Assembly (NCBI GenBank): GCA_964416645.1
Contig: CAYQEZ010000002.1
Span: 2,444-66,443 of the forward strand
Origin: an uncultured Francisella sp.
Lineage (GTDB): Bacteria > Pseudomonadota > Gammaproteobacteria > Thiomicrospirales > Thiomicrospiraceae
Length of the DNA: 64,000 bases
Direction: 5' to 3'
Shown here: piece after piece, positions 1 to 14,948 of the stretch
How positions within the stretch are numbered: position 1 is the stretch's first letter
Layout of the letters: each line of letters begins with the position of its first letter
The notes under the pieces: model-generated
What the model was told of the DNA's origin: nothing
Seen by the model: only the letters and a program-made list of their open reading frames with translations
The model's database searches: none
Position numbers and translations under genes: made by a program

Positions 1-33
1 TACCCTTAACCAATCGTCATGTGAACCAAGGAA

Positions 34-1455
34 ATGAAGATGTCTGAAACAATTGCAGAAGTGTGGGTGGTGGATGATGATGCCTCGATTCGTTGGGTGT
101 TGGATCAGGCTTTAACAGAAAAACCGTGGAAAATTCGCCTGTTCGACTCTTCTAAACAGGCTTTAGCGACCATTCAAGAGAGTGTACCAATGGTGTTGGT
201 GTGTGATATTCGTATGCCCGATGTCGATGGTTTGACGCTGATGAAAGCGGCGCATACGCAGGACTCGAATTTGCCCGTTATTTTAATGACCGCCTTCGCT
301 AATTTAGATGCAGCCGTTTCTGCCTACCAAGGCGGTGCATTTGAATACTTACCTAAGCCTTTTGATATTGATGAAGCCTTGTCGCTGATTGAACGCGCCA
401 TTGCCAAACGCATTAATGTGCGTAAGCGTCGCGAAAAAGACACCGAAAAACAGCCGCTGAATATTATTGGCTCTGCCCCTGCCATGCAAGAGGTGTTTCG
501 CGTCATGGGTCGGGTTGCCCCTTTAGATGTGACGGTACTGATTAATGGCGAAACGGGCACAGGTAAAGAGCTGATTGCTAAGGCATTGCATGAGTTGTCA
601 CCACGCAAAGATAAACCTTTTGTTGCTATTAATACCGCCGCCATTCCGCGTGATTTATTAGAGTCTGAGTTGTTCGGTCATGAAAAAGGCGCTTTTACGG
701 GTGCATTAACGCAGCGATCGGGGCGCTTCGAGCAGGCTGACGGTGGTACGCTGTTTCTCGATGAAATTGGTGATATGCCCATTGAATTGCAGACGCGTTT
801 GCTCAGGGTATTAAATGATGGGAGTTTCTATCGTGTCGGTGGTCATGATCCGCTGCATGCAGATGTGCGTATTTTGGCCGCAACCCATCAACCGATGGAT
901 AAGTTGGTGAAAGAAGGGCGTTTTCGTGAAGACTTGCTCTATCGATTAAACATTATTCGCATTCAAATTCCCGCCTTGCGTGAACGTCGTGAAGATATTC
1001 CTTTATTGTTGCGTTTTTATATGAAAACCGAAGCAAAAACGCTACGCGTGGAAGAGAAAACGCTCTCTGCTGAAGTGGAAAAGTATCTGTCTCAGTTGGA
1101 GTGGGCGGGTAACATTCGTCAGCTACGCAGTGTGTGTATTTGGCTAACCGTCATGACTCCTGGCAAAGTGGTGAGTATGGATGACTTGCCACTGGAGTTG
1201 AATCAAGCACATCAATCGGCGCAAGCACCCGCCACCAGTTTAGATTGGGAAACGCCCTTGCGTTTGTATGCGCGTCAATTTTTACAACAAGGCAAAAGCA
1301 ATTTGCACGGTGAAGCTGAGCAGCTATTTGAAAAAGTATTGATTGAAGAAGCCTTGGCGTTTACGCGCTTCCATAGGCAAGAAACAGCGGCTTTGTTGGG
1401 TTGGGGGCGTAATACGCTCACACGTAAATCGCAAGCTTTGGGTATCGATGAATGA
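34..1455 (+). CDS. glnG: Sigma-54-dependent nitrogen response regulator NtrC
   Basis: N-terminal receiver ([13 protein letters not shown]), AAA+ sigma-54 activator core ([14 protein letters not shown]-type [15 protein letters not shown]), C-terminal Fis-type HTH. The ATG at 40 has better spacing to AAGGA than the ATG at 34. Confidence 0.93.
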   Translation: MKMSETIAEVWVVDDDASIRWVLDQALTEKPWKIRLFDSSKQALATIQESVPMVLVCDIRMPDVDGLTLMKAAHTQDSNLPVILMTAFANLDAAVSAYQGGAFEYLPKPFDIDEALSLIERAIAKRINVRKRREKDTEKQPLNIIGSAPAMQEVFRVMGRVAPLDVTVLINGETGTGKELIAKALHELSPRKDKPFVAINTAAIPRDLLESELFGHEKGAFTGALTQRSGRFEQADGGTLFLDEIGDMPIELQTRLLRVLNDGSFYRVGGHDPLHADVRILAATHQPMDKLVKEGRFREDLLYRLNIIRIQIPALRERREDIPLLLRFYMKTEAKTLRVEEKTLSAEVEKYLSQLEWAGNIRQLRSVCIWLTVMTPGKVVSMDDLPLELNQAHQSAQAPATSLDWETPLRLYARQFLQQGKSNLHGEAEQLFEKVLIEEALAFTRFHRQETAALLGWGRNTLTRKSQALGIDE

Positions 1456-2243
1456 TTGCTGAACTGGTGAGCTGGTTGACCACGCGTTGCGCACCTCAAG
1501 CGCGTCAGTTGGGTTATTTGTATGAAGCCATTGCTATGCGCGAGCGGGTTAAACGCTGTGAACCCAGTTGGCGTTCGCATTTGACTCAGGCTAGTCAGTT
1601 TGCCCAGTCCTGCATCGAACAACAGCCGACGGGTGGCATTGCTTTAGTGTTGGGTTCTGGGTTGGGCTTGGATATTCCGCAACAGGCATTACTGAATCAT
1701 TTTGATGAAGTCTGGTTAGTGGATATGGTGCATTTGCGTTCTACACGTAAAGCTTGGCAAGGTTCGGCTAAGGTGCGTTTTATTGAAGCGGATGTGACGG
1801 AGGTGTTAGCCTCTGTAACGCGGGGTGAGTTATTGCCGTCACATCCCCAGCGTTGGTTAGACAATGCGGATATTCGCTTTGTTTTATCAGCTAATATTTT
1901 GGGGCAATTACCCGTTCAGCCCTTAGCTTGGTTAGAAAAACATTATCCCTTTAAAGACGAAAAGAGTCTGGATGAATGGTCGCAACAATTATTGCAAGGT
2001 CATTTAAATTACTTGCGCGCTTTTGCAACACAGGGAGCAGGTGTCTGTTTAATTGCCGATATGGAATGGCATTATGCCGAGTCGAATCAAGTAAGAGAAG
2101 TTGTTGATGCTTGGCGTGGTTTGGAGCAGCCGTTACCCGATGTACGTTGGGAATGGCGCATCGCGCCGCGCGGTGAGATGGGACTGAATCGAACCCAAAC
2201 TAATTGGGTTGGTGGTTGGTGTTGGCCAAGTGGCTTATTTTGA
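1452..2243 (+). CDS. Hypothetical protein with class I SAM-methyltransferase-like motifs
   Basis: 263-aa ORF whose ATG overlaps the ntrC TGA (ATGA). Gly-rich LVLGSGLGLD, then acidic LVD and EAD positions spaced like Rossmann methyltransferase motifs I-III. No family recognised. Confidence 0.65.
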   Translation: MIAELVSWLTTRCAPQARQLGYLYEAIAMRERVKRCEPSWRSHLTQASQFAQSCIEQQPTGGIALVLGSGLGLDIPQQALLNHFDEVWLVDMVHLRSTRKAWQGSAKVRFIEADVTEVLASVTRGELLPSHPQRWLDNADIRFVLSANILGQLPVQPLAWLEKHYPFKDEKSLDEWSQQLLQGHLNYLRAFATQGAGVCLIADMEWHYAESNQVREVVDAWRGLEQPLPDVRWEWRIAPRGEMGLNRTQTNWVGGWCWPSGLF

Positions 2244-2324
2244 TCTCCACCATGCCAGCATGACGCAGAAATTGCTAATTTGCACACGAAAAAGACCTAG
2301 GAGTTAACCTAAGCCTTTACTGTA

Positions 2325-2409
2325 TGGTGCGCGAGAAGAGACTCGAACTCTTACACCTTGCGGCGCTGGAACCTAAATCCAGTGCGTCTACCAATTCCGC
2401 CACTCGCGC
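2325..2409 (-). tRNA. tRNA-Leu (anticodon UAG)
   Basis: The reverse complement folds as a cloverleaf. Acceptor GCGCGAG/CTCGCGC plus ACCA, anticodon stem CTGGA/TCCAG with loop TTTAGGT, long variable arm, T-arm AAGAG-TTCGAGT-CTCTT. Confidence 0.9.
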
Positions 2410-2508
2410 TTTATTCATATATAATAGCACGGTCGTTTCTGGTTTGCACCTTTTTTATACGACACTTGTATTTTTTGAACGAACGTTCTATTATTGAGAT
2501 CATATTAG

Positions 2509-6827
<4,319 letters not shown>

Positions 6828-6878
6828 TTTTTTAGGCTATAATAGCGAACATTAAGATTACACAGAGAAAGCCGACCT

Positions 6879-7463
6879 ATGCTGCTCATGATTGATAATT
6901 ACGACTCCTTTACCTATAACCTGGTGCAATATTTTGGTGAGCTGGGTCAAGAGGTCAAGGTGATTCGTAATGACCATATCGACTTAGATGGCATTGCTGC
7001 CATGAAGCCGAAATATCTCATTATTTCACCTGGTCCTTGTAGCCCTACTGAAGCGGGCGTTTCTGTGCCTGCCATTCAGCGTTTTGCCGGTGAAATTCCG
7101 ATTTTAGGTGTTTGTTTGGGGCATCAAAGTATTGGACAAGCCTTCGGCGGTCATATTGTGCGTGCTAAGCAAGTGATGCATGGTAAAACCTCACCTGTTT
7201 ACCATCATAATGTCGGGGTTTTTAACGATATTCCCAATCCCGTTACTGTCACGCGTTATCACTCATTGGTGATTGAGAAAGCAACCCTGCCCGATTGTTT
7301 AGAAGTGACTGCTTGGACCAACAACCCAGATGGCAGTATGGAAGAAATCATGGGCGTGCGTCATAAAACCCTGCCTGTTGAAGGGGTGCAGTTTCATCCC
7401 GAAAGTATTTTGACTGAATATGGACATAAGATGTTACAAAACTTTTTGGAGCAGCACGCATGA
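6879..7463 (+). CDS. trpG: Anthranilate synthase component II (glutamine amidotransferase)
   Basis: Class I GATase ([30 protein letters not shown]). First gene of a trpG-trpD-trpC run. A shared PabA role cannot be excluded. Confidence 0.9.
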   Translation: MLLMIDNYDSFTYNLVQYFGELGQEVKVIRNDHIDLDGIAAMKPKYLIISPGPCSPTEAGVSVPAIQRFAGEIPILGVCLGHQSIGQAFGGHIVRAKQVMHGKTSPVYHHNVGVFNDIPNPVTVTRYHSLVIEKATLPDCLEVTAWTNNPDGSMEEIMGVRHKTLPVEGVQFHPESILTEYGHKMLQNFLEQHA

Positions 7464-8488
7464 TGGTCATTAAGCACTGGTTGGAAAAGTTATTAGCGAA
7501 AGAAAACCTTTCCCGTGACGAAATGACTGCGATGATGCAGGCTTTGATGGCAGGAGAATTGACGGAAGCGCAAGCCGCCGCCTTGATTGTTGCTTTGCGT
7601 GCTAAGGGTGAAACGGTTGAAGAAATTGCCGCTGCCGCCAGCGTGATGCGTGCCTTGTCGCAAAAGGTGGTGACAGAGGATGCGTCGGTGTTGGTCGATA
7701 CCTGCGGCACGGGTGGGGATGGTCAGCATACCTTTAATATCTCAACAACCGTGGCCTTTGTTGTGGCAGCGGCTGGCGCTAAGGTTGCTAAGCATGGTGG
7801 TCGTTCGGTCACATCGAGTTCGGGCAGCGCCGATGTGCTTGAAACAGCGGGCATGAATCTCGCTGTAACGCCAGAGCAAACAGCTGCCTCAATCCGAGAG
7901 GTGGGCGTTGGGTTTCTATTCGCGCCTGCGCATCACAGTGCGATGAAGCACGTCGTTGGGGTGCGCAAAGCCTTGGGTGTGCGTACGCTCTTTAATTTGT
8001 TAGGACCTATCACTAATCCAGCAGGCGTACAACGTCAAGTGCTGGGTGTTTTTTCAAACCAGTGGCTCGAGCCGATGGCGCAAGTGCTCAAAACCTTGGG
8101 TAGTAAAGCGGTTTGGGTGGTGCATGCTGATGATGGTTTGGATGAAATTTCAATTGCCACCAGCACGCAAGTCTCTGCTCTGAGTGAAGATGGGCAAATT
8201 CATTGTTTTAGTGTGTCGCCAGAAGATGTCGGTTATGCACGTCAATCCTTAGCAAGGATAAAAGCTGGCACCAGAGAAGAAAGTTTAGCTATGATGCATC
8301 GTGTGTTCGATAATGAAGCTGGTCCTTGGCGAGATATAGTCTGCTTGAATGCGGGAGCTGCCTTGTTGGTAGCAGGGTTGGTTTCGAGCTTTGTGGAAGG
8401 GGTTCGTTTAGCCGAAACAACCTTAGCGTCAGGGGCTGCCAAAGCGAAGTTTGCGCAAGCGATTGCCTATTCTCAAGCAACACCATAA
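7460..8488 (+). CDS. trpD: Anthranilate phosphoribosyltransferase
   Basis: Motifs [30 protein letters not shown]. Overlaps the trpG stop. Confidence 0.95.
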   Translation: MMVIKHWLEKLLAKENLSRDEMTAMMQALMAGELTEAQAAALIVALRAKGETVEEIAAAASVMRALSQKVVTEDASVLVDTCGTGGDGQHTFNISTTVAFVVAAAGAKVAKHGGRSVTSSSGSADVLETAGMNLAVTPEQTAASIREVGVGFLFAPAHHSAMKHVVGVRKALGVRTLFNLLGPITNPAGVQRQVLGVFSNQWLEPMAQVLKTLGSKAVWVVHADDGLDEISIATSTQVSALSEDGQIHCFSVSPEDVGYARQSLARIKAGTREESLAMMHRVFDNEAGPWRDIVCLNAGAALLVAGLVSSFVEGVRLAETTLASGAAKAKFAQAIAYSQATP

Positions 8489-8503
8489 TTAGAAATACTA
8501 GCC

Positions 8504-9304
8504 ATGTCAAACTCAACGATTTTAGATAAAATTAATGTGCGCAAGCGTGAAGAGGTTGCTGCAGCGCAAGCGGTGACGCCGATTAAACGTTTAGCTGAAC
8601 AGGCACAACAACAAGCAGCTGCGAAGGATTTTGTTGGTGCACTGATTGCTAAAGCAACGCAAAAACAGTCGGCGGTGATTGCAGAAATTAAAAAAGCCTC
8701 GCCCTCTAAAGGGGTGATTCGTCAGGATTTTGATCCTGTGGCGATTGCGCAAAGTTATCAAGCACATGGTGCGACTTGTTTGTCGATTTTGACCGATGTC
8801 GATTTTTTTCAAGGCAGCCTGGATTATTTGCGTGCGGTACGTGCGGTGGTCGATTTGCCGATTATTCGCAAAGACTTCATCATTGATGATTACCAAATTG
8901 TTGAAGCCCGTGCAGCGGGTGCCGATGCGGTGTTGCTGATTGTTGCTTCGTTAGATGATGCGCAGCTAGCGCACTTGTATCAAACGGCAACTGACTGGGG
9001 CATGAGCGTACTGGTTGAGGTGCATGATAGCGATGAGTTGGCACGTGCGTTGAAATTGCCACTGAAACTTGTGGGCATTAATAACCGTAATTTGAAGACC
9101 TTTGATGTGACCTTACAAACCACCATCGACTTGCTCAAACAAATGCCGGCGGGTATTACGGTGGTTACTGAAAGTGGTATTTTGTCGGCAGAGGATGTGG
9201 CTTTGATGCATCAACACGAGGTTTACGCTTTTTTAGTCGGTGAAACCTTTATGCGCGCGCCAGATCCAGGTGTAGCCTTGTCTCAATTATTTGCTAGAGG
9301 TTAA
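8504..9304 (+). CDS. trpC: Indole-3-glycerol phosphate synthase
   Basis: Motifs [38 protein letters not shown]. Confidence 0.95.
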   Translation: MSNSTILDKINVRKREEVAAAQAVTPIKRLAEQAQQQAAAKDFVGALIAKATQKQSAVIAEIKKASPSKGVIRQDFDPVAIAQSYQAHGATCLSILTDVDFFQGSLDYLRAVRAVVDLPIIRKDFIIDDYQIVEARAAGADAVLLIVASLDDAQLAHLYQTATDWGMSVLVEVHDSDELARALKLPLKLVGINNRNLKTFDVTLQTTIDLLKQMPAGITVVTESGILSAEDVALMHQHEVYAFLVGETFMRAPDPGVALSQLFARG

Positions 9305-9308
9305 TGTA

Positions 9309-9722
9309 ATGAAAGCCAGTGTTCAATGGTGTCAGGATCGTTTGTTTTTAGGTAAGTCGGGCAGCGGTCATGCGGTGGTGATGGATGGTCCTCCCGAAGC
9401 AGGGGGGCAAAATTTGGGCGTGCGTCCAATGGAAATGCTGTTGTTGGGCATGGGCGGCTGTGCCAGTTTTGATGTGGTGTCGATTTTAGAAAAAATGCAG
9501 CAACCCATTAAGGCTTGTGTGGCCGAGCTGCAAGCCGAACGTGCCGATAGTGAGCCTAAGGTGTTCACACGCATTAATATTCATTTCAAAATTTCAGGCG
9601 CGGTGGATGCAACTAAAGCAGAACGTGCGGTGAAATTGTCGGCAGAAAAATATTGCTCAGCCTCGATTATGCTGGGTAAAGTGGCTGAAATTACCCATAG
9701 TTTTGAAGTGGTTGCCGACTAG
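9309..9722 (+). CDS. OsmC family peroxiredoxin-like protein
   Basis: OsmC-like pattern (GVRPMEMLLLGMGGCASFD ... AEKYCSAS) with two conserved Cys. Start moved to the ATG at 9309, after the trpC stop and an AGAGG Shine-Dalgarno. Confidence 0.82.
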   Translation: MKASVQWCQDRLFLGKSGSGHAVVMDGPPEAGGQNLGVRPMEMLLLGMGGCASFDVVSILEKMQQPIKACVAELQAERADSEPKVFTRINIHFKISGAVDATKAERAVKLSAEKYCSASIMLGKVAEITHSFEVVAD

Positions 9723-9790
9723 GGTTTTTGTTAAACCTTGAATTTATAAGGAAATTGTGGCATAATTTTCTGCTATGTTAACTGCAGAGG

Positions 9791-10264
9791 GTGCCGCAAT
9801 TGTTCCATTCGCAACAATCCAGCGACGCTTCGACTGAAGCGAAAAACGTATGGCCAAGCCATAATAACATCGACGCTCAAACACTTGAACCCGCCGATCA
9901 TTTCATCACCAAAAATGGCATGACTTACGCTGGCACACACATCATTATTGATTTGTGGGGTGCTTCGCGCTTGGATGAGTTAGAACTGATGGAAGACACC
10001 CTCATTGAAGCGGTGAAACAGGTGCAAGCGACCTTGCTACACATTCATTTGCATCATTTTCAGCCTAATGGCGGCATTTCTGGCGTGGCGGTATTAGCCG
10101 AGTCACACATTTCGGTACATACTTGGCCAGAGCGTGGCTATGCCGCTTTCGATGTCTTTACCTGTGGTGATTCGATGCCCGAGAAAGCGGTAGATGTGTT
10201 AAAAGCTGCTTTTAATCCCGATGAAGTGAATGTGTTAACCCATTTACGTGGGCGTATTGCTTAA
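9791..10264 (+). CDS. speD: S-adenosylmethionine decarboxylase proenzyme (small, pyruvoyl type)
   Basis: Conserved AESHISVHTWPE self-processing motif and FTCGD. Start uncertain: GTG at 9791, or the internal ATG at 9920 giving a ~115-aa protein. Confidence 0.85.
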   Translation: MPQLFHSQQSSDASTEAKNVWPSHNNIDAQTLEPADHFITKNGMTYAGTHIIIDLWGASRLDELELMEDTLIEAVKQVQATLLHIHLHHFQPNGGISGVAVLAESHISVHTWPERGYAAFDVFTCGDSMPEKAVDVLKAAFNPDEVNVLTHLRGRIA

Positions 10265-11136
10265 TGTCGCAGCGTTCGATGAAAAAAATGCTGGTTGAAC
10301 AACTCTATGCAGGCTACGGTCAATCTTTTGAGGTGACAGAACAGCTCTTTGCTTTAGATACGGGTTTTCAACGACTGGAAATCTTCACGAATCCGTTGTT
10401 AGGTCGAGTCATGACGTTAGACGGTGTGGTGCAAACCACTGAAAAAGACGAATTCGTTTACCACGAGATGCTAACCCATGTTCCCTTGTTAGCCCATGCT
10501 CATCCCAAACGTGTGTTGATTATTGGCGGCGGAGATGGCGGTATTCTGCGTGAGGTGCTTAAGCACGCTTGTGTTGAACAAGTCACTATGGTTGAAATTG
10601 ATGCGGCGGTGATTGAGATGGCGAAGCAATATTTTCCCGCTCATTCCGCTGGCGCTTTTGACGATGCGCGCTTGAAATTGGTGATTGGTGACGGCGTTGC
10701 TTTCGTCAATGAAACCAGCGAGCGTTTTGATGTGGTCATCTCTGACTCGACCGATCCTTACGGCTCAGCCGAGGCGCTGTTCAGTGCTGATTTTTATACC
10801 GCCATTCGTCGTTGCTTGAATGATGGCGGTGTGTTTGTCGCGCAAAACGGTGTGCCGTTTTACCAGATGGATGAATTGCTCGATACTGCTCGTCGCTTCA
10901 AGCCGTTATTTGCCGATAGTTACTTTTTTACCGCAGCTGTACCGACTTATGTCGGTGGTGTCATGACCTTGGCATGGGGTGCAACAGATGCTGCTTTGCG
11001 TCAAACGTCTTTAGCTGTGTTGACGGAGCGCTTCGTTCAGCGAGACTTGGTGACGCGTTATTACACGCCCGAAATGCATCTGGCTAGTTTTGCCCTGCCG
11101 AGATATGTCGAACAGACCATTCAGTCAGTCGGCTAA
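10264..11136 (+). CDS. speE: Spermidine synthase
   Basis: Motifs DGVVQTTEKDEF.YHEM, VLIIGGGDGG, VEID, DSTDP. Abuts speD. Confidence 0.93.
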   Translation: MSQRSMKKMLVEQLYAGYGQSFEVTEQLFALDTGFQRLEIFTNPLLGRVMTLDGVVQTTEKDEFVYHEMLTHVPLLAHAHPKRVLIIGGGDGGILREVLKHACVEQVTMVEIDAAVIEMAKQYFPAHSAGAFDDARLKLVIGDGVAFVNETSERFDVVISDSTDPYGSAEALFSADFYTAIRRCLNDGGVFVAQNGVPFYQMDELLDTARRFKPLFADSYFFTAAVPTYVGGVMTLAWGATDAALRQTSLAVLTERFVQRDLVTRYYTPEMHLASFALPRYVEQTIQSVG

Positions 11137-11139
11137 TCG

Positions 11140-12432
11140 CTAAATGGAGGCCTCGGGCGCTGACTCTTGCGCCCAGCAGGCTTGTTGAATCACTTCAATA
11201 AAGGTCGTTAATAAAGTCTCTCGTTCGCTGATCGTCATGGTATAAGCAGGGGTCAGATAAACCCAAGTGGCAAAGGGACGAATCCAAATGCCAGCACTAA
11301 TGGCTCTACTTTGAGTGGCTGCGGCCAAACCAGCCGAAGCCATTTCCACTACCGCCACATGCCCTAACACTCGAACATCAACAATGCCTTCAATCTGTTG
11401 TAACTGTGTCAGTCGCGCTGTCATTTCTTGTTGCCAAGTGGCTACCTGGGATTGCCAATCTAGTTCATCGAGCAAGTTTAGGCTGGCGCTAGCACAAGCG
11501 CAAGCAAGCGCATTCGCCATATAAGTTGGACCATGCATGAATTTGTGTGGTGAATGCCCACTGATGGCGTCGCTAATGGCTTGACTGGCACAAGTTGCCG
11601 CCAATGTGAGCATACCGCCTGTTAGCGCTTTACCCAGACAGACAATATCGGCATCAATACCCGCATGGCGATGGGCATAATAAGCCCCTGTTTTGCCAAA
11701 TCCCGTGGCGATTTCATCGCAAATCAGCAACACGTCATAACGCTGACAGAGTTGTTGTGCGCCTTGCAAATAGCGGGGCGAGTAAAAGTTCATAGCCCCA
11801 GCGCCTTGCCAAATGGGTTCGAGAATCAAGGCAGCAATCTGTTGATGATGTTCTGCTAAACAGGCTTCTAGGGCTAATAAAGCAGGGGCATGAGCATCCT
11901 GCGCGTCAAATCCATACACAGGAGGTGGCACAAAAAAGGTGGTTTCACTGGCTTGACGAAAGTGCTGGTGCAAGCTATCAGGATCACTGACACTCATCGC
12001 TCCCCAAGTGTCACCATGATAGCCATGTTGTAAGGCCACAAAACGATTTTTTTGTGGCTGAGCCAGCGCAGACCAGTATTGTCGCGCCATTTTCAAGGCA
12101 ACTTCCACCGCGACGGATCCTGAATCACTGAAAAAAATAGCAGGGTTGTGCGGAAGCCTTAAGGCTAGCTGTTCGGCCAGTTGTTCGGCAGCTGGATGAT
12201 TTAGACCACCAAACATGACATGAGAAAGGCGTTGGCTTTGCTGGTTAATGGCTTCGACTAACGCAGGATGGTTGTAGCCAAAAATCGCTGTCCACCAACT
12301 GGCAATACCATCTAATAAATGACGACCATCGTTAAGGTATAGTCGGTGCTCTTGAGTGCGTGTAATGTCTAGCGGTAGGGGCTTGGCTGGCAGACTGTTG
12401 TATGGGTGCCAAGCCTTGGATGAATTAGGCAT
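11140..12432 (-). CDS. bioA: Adenosylmethionine-8-amino-7-oxononanoate aminotransferase
   Basis: Class III aminotransferase with BioA-like motifs (WWTAIFGYNHP, ICDEIATGFGKTG, LGKALTGG). Confidence 0.9.
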   Translation of the reverse strand: MPNSSKAWHPYNSLPAKPLPLDITRTQEHRLYLNDGRHLLDGIASWWTAIFGYNHPALVEAINQQSQRLSHVMFGGLNHPAAEQLAEQLALRLPHNPAIFFSDSGSVAVEVALKMARQYWSALAQPQKNRFVALQHGYHGDTWGAMSVSDPDSLHQHFRQASETTFFVPPPVYGFDAQDAHAPALLALEACLAEHHQQIAALILEPIWQGAGAMNFYSPRYLQGAQQLCQRYDVLLICDEIATGFGKTGAYYAHRHAGIDADIVCLGKALTGGMLTLAATCASQAISDAISGHSPHKFMHGPTYMANALACACASASLNLLDELDWQSQVATWQQEMTARLTQLQQIEGIVDVRVLGHVAVVEMASAGLAAATQSRAISAGIWIRPFATWVYLTPAYTMTISERETLLTTFIEVIQQACWAQESAPEASI

Positions 12433-12438
12433 TAGCTT

Positions 12439-12972
12439 TCACATTCTTGCTTCTTTAGGTGCTTGATCGAGTACATCCAATGGACGTTGTTTAGGGCGGG
12501 TAAAGCGCATCACACTGTAAGTAATAATCGAAACGCCTAAAATGCTGACAAAATAAATACCAAAAGAGAAGAGAGTAATGAAAAACGGTCCGCCGGGAAT
12601 GGGGATATTGAGAAAAAAGGGTTCTCCCTGTCCCAGATAAATTGAACCGAGCATGGCACCCGCGATAATCGCAATGGAATCGAGAATCCACGCATGAATG
12701 ACTTTTTGCGCCATACGGGATAATAGAAAGCTTTGTAAAAAGGCATTAACAACAAAAATACCCAATAAAATGGGCACAAACCACTGTGAAAATAAGAAGA
12801 TATGTTCATAAATGAACATCCACATATCCGGCAAGGGTATGTCGCTGTTGGTGGGTAGTTGGTCAACAAAGTTGAACAAACCAACGGTAAGAAAGCTCAG
12901 CCAGAATACCAAAAAGGTATCAAAAAAATTGGCGATGGCATAGCTGATAAAGCTATCTGGCTGGTTTTTCAT
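12439..12972 (-). CDS. Hypothetical multi-pass membrane protein
   Basis: 177-aa ORF with about 4-5 hydrophobic segments. Wedged 6 nt upstream of the bioA start and 13 nt after the aminotransferase stop. No family recognised. Confidence 0.65.
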   Translation of the reverse strand: MKNQPDSFISYAIANFFDTFLVFWLSFLTVGLFNFVDQLPTNSDIPLPDMWMFIYEHIFLFSQWFVPILLGIFVVNAFLQSFLLSRMAQKVIHAWILDSIAIIAGAMLGSIYLGQGEPFFLNIPIPGGPFFITLFSFGIYFVSILGVSIITYSVMRFTRPKQRPLDVLDQAPKEARM

Positions 12973-12985
12973 GTTGGAGTATTAA

Positions 12986-14176
12986 TTAATTGTGCGTGTT
13001 TTTTGCTAAAAAATCCGCCAAACGCGTCATGGCGCCTTGTAATTCTTCCATACTGGTGGCAAAAGACAAGCGCATATAGCCTTCGCTACCGAATGCAGAG
13101 CCTGGCACTAACGCTAAGTCACTTTCTTCTAAAATGCGGGTTGCCAGTTGGGTGTCGGTTGCACAGCCTGTAGCTTGCATAGCGCCACGCACATCGAAGA
13201 AATTATAGAAGGCACCATCAGGAGATAAAGCTGTAATGCCTGGCATGGCATTCAGTGCTTGGGTAATAAAAGCACTGCGAGCTTTGAATGCTTTGACCAT
13301 ATCACCAATAAAGGTCTGATCGCCATTTAATGCAGTTACCGTTGCCGCTTGTGAAATGGAGCAGGGGTTAGACGTGCTTTGTGATTGCACTTTTTTCATT
13401 TCATTAATCAGCGCTAAAGGACCAGCACAGTAGCCAATACGCCAACCTGTCATGCTGTAGGCTTTAGACACGCCGTTCAGCGTCACGGTACGTCCGACCA
13501 TTTCAGGACAAGCATTTAACCAAGTGCTAAAAGGCGTTTCACCCAGAATAATGTGTTCGTACATGTCATCAGTCGCAATCAAAATGTTGGGATGATTGGC
13601 CAACACATCACCCAAAGCACGCATTTCCGCTTGGCTATAAACGGCACCCGTTGGGTTAGAAGGGCTATTGATAACAAACAGCTTGGTTTTGTCGCTAATC
13701 GAAGAAGCCAGCTGCTCGGGCGTAATTTTAAAACCCTGTTCAATACCTGCTTGCACCACGACAGGTTTGCCGCCCGCTAACAGCACCATATCTGGATAAG
13801 AAACCCAGTAGGGAGCAGGAATAATCACTTCATCGCCAGCATTCAAGTAGGCTTGGCACAGGTTGTAGAAGCTTTGTTTGCCGCCTGATGAGACTAAAAT
13901 TTGTTTTGCTGTGTAGTCTAATCCATTTTCGCGTTTGAACTTAGCAATGATGGCTTCTTTGAGCTCGGGTGTGCCATCGACAGCCGTGTAGCGTGTTTTG
14001 CCCGCTTCAATCGCATCAATGCCTGCTTGACGAATATGCGCAGGTGTAGGAAAGTCAGGCTCACCCGCACCTAGGCTAATAATGTCACGTCCCTGACGTT
14101 TGAGTTCGAGGGCACGAGCAGTGACCACTAAGGTCGGAGATTCCTTGACGGCAAGGACGCGTTGAGCGAGTTGCAT
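12986..14176 (-). CDS. Pyridoxal-phosphate-dependent aminotransferase (aspartate aminotransferase class I)
   Basis: Motifs GEPDFPTP, YT...G, NSPSNPTG, SKAYSMTGWRIGY (PLP lysine), R near the C-terminus. Confidence 0.92.
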   Translation of the reverse strand: MQLAQRVLAVKESPTLVVTARALELKRQGRDIISLGAGEPDFPTPAHIRQAGIDAIEAGKTRYTAVDGTPELKEAIIAKFKRENGLDYTAKQILVSSGGKQSFYNLCQAYLNAGDEVIIPAPYWVSYPDMVLLAGGKPVVVQAGIEQGFKITPEQLASSISDKTKLFVINSPSNPTGAVYSQAEMRALGDVLANHPNILIATDDMYEHIILGETPFSTWLNACPEMVGRTVTLNGVSKAYSMTGWRIGYCAGPLALINEMKKVQSQSTSNPCSISQAATVTALNGDQTFIGDMVKAFKARSAFITQALNAMPGITALSPDGAFYNFFDVRGAMQATGCATDTQLATRILEESDLALVPGSAFGSEGYMRLSFATSMEELQGAMTRLADFLAKNTHN

Positions 14177-14267
14177 GATGGTGATGACTTCTCTTTTACG
14201 AAAGTGGGGGCATATTTAATTAAATATTCATAATTATAGCGAAATTTTGGCGCTAATCCTAGGAGAT

Positions 14268-14948
14268 TTAACCATTTGGCGTGCTTTTTAACAGGGCTGC
14301 GTTAATGCGAATTTGAATGCGTCGATTTTGCGCTTTGTGTTCTGGGCGATCATTGTCGATGAGAGGGGAGAATTCACCTTTTCCAGCAAGGCTAAAGTGT
14401 TCAGGAGGAAGCTTTGATTCGCTTTGCAGTTGCATCATCACCGCTTGCGCACGCAAGGCCGACAATTGCCAGTTGTTGCGTAAGGGACTTGTAGTGGCAA
14501 TGGCATCGTTGTCGGTGTGTCCTTCAATAATAATGTCGGTATGCCATTTCAGTCCAGCGGCTTGCATCGATTGAATAAGTTTGGGATAGTTTTCAGGCAC
14601 TTGAATGATCGCAAGTTGGGGTAGCTGCTGAGCAATGCGTTGGATCAATGCGCTGAGCGTGGCTGAGGGTTGCGTTTTCGCGCTTTCAAAAGCATCGGGC
14701 GTATTGATGGTTATTAAAATGCCTTCGTTATCACGTGATAGACTGACGCCAGTGAGCTGTTCTTCAGTTAAGGCTAGTTCCAGTGTGCGATAGCTACGTT
14801 CAATTTGACCATCAATCCATTGATGGACTTGTTTGACATCGCCTTTGTTTAACACGAGTGTCATGATAAAAAAGCAAATGAGTAAGGTAACTAAATCACC
14901 AAAGGAGAGTAGCCAGCTTTTGCGTGCGTTACGTTCATGGCGTGTCAT
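14268..14948 (-). CDS. MotB/OmpA-family stator-like protein B2 (TM Asp retained)
   Basis: N-terminal TM SWLLSFGDLVTLLICFFI with the MotB-type Asp. C-terminal OmpA-like IEGHTD...NNWQLSALRA...NRRIQIRI. Its start overlaps the upstream gene by 14 nt. Confidence 0.85.
   Translation of the reverse strand: MTRHERNARKSWLLSFGDLVTLLICFFIMTLVLNKGDVKQVHQWIDGQIERSYRTLELALTEEQLTGVSLSRDNEGILITINTPDAFESAKTQPSATLSALIQRIAQQLPQLAIIQVPENYPKLIQSMQAAGLKWHTDIIIEGHTDNDAIATTSPLRNNWQLSALRAQAVMMQLQSESKLPPEHFSLAGKGEFSPLIDNDRPEHKAQNRRIQIRINAALLKSTPNG

Noticed and set aside
6828-6878. Possible trp leader or attenuator upstream of trpG.
   Set aside because: The gap is only 51 nt, with no Trp-codon leader peptide and no alternative hairpins.
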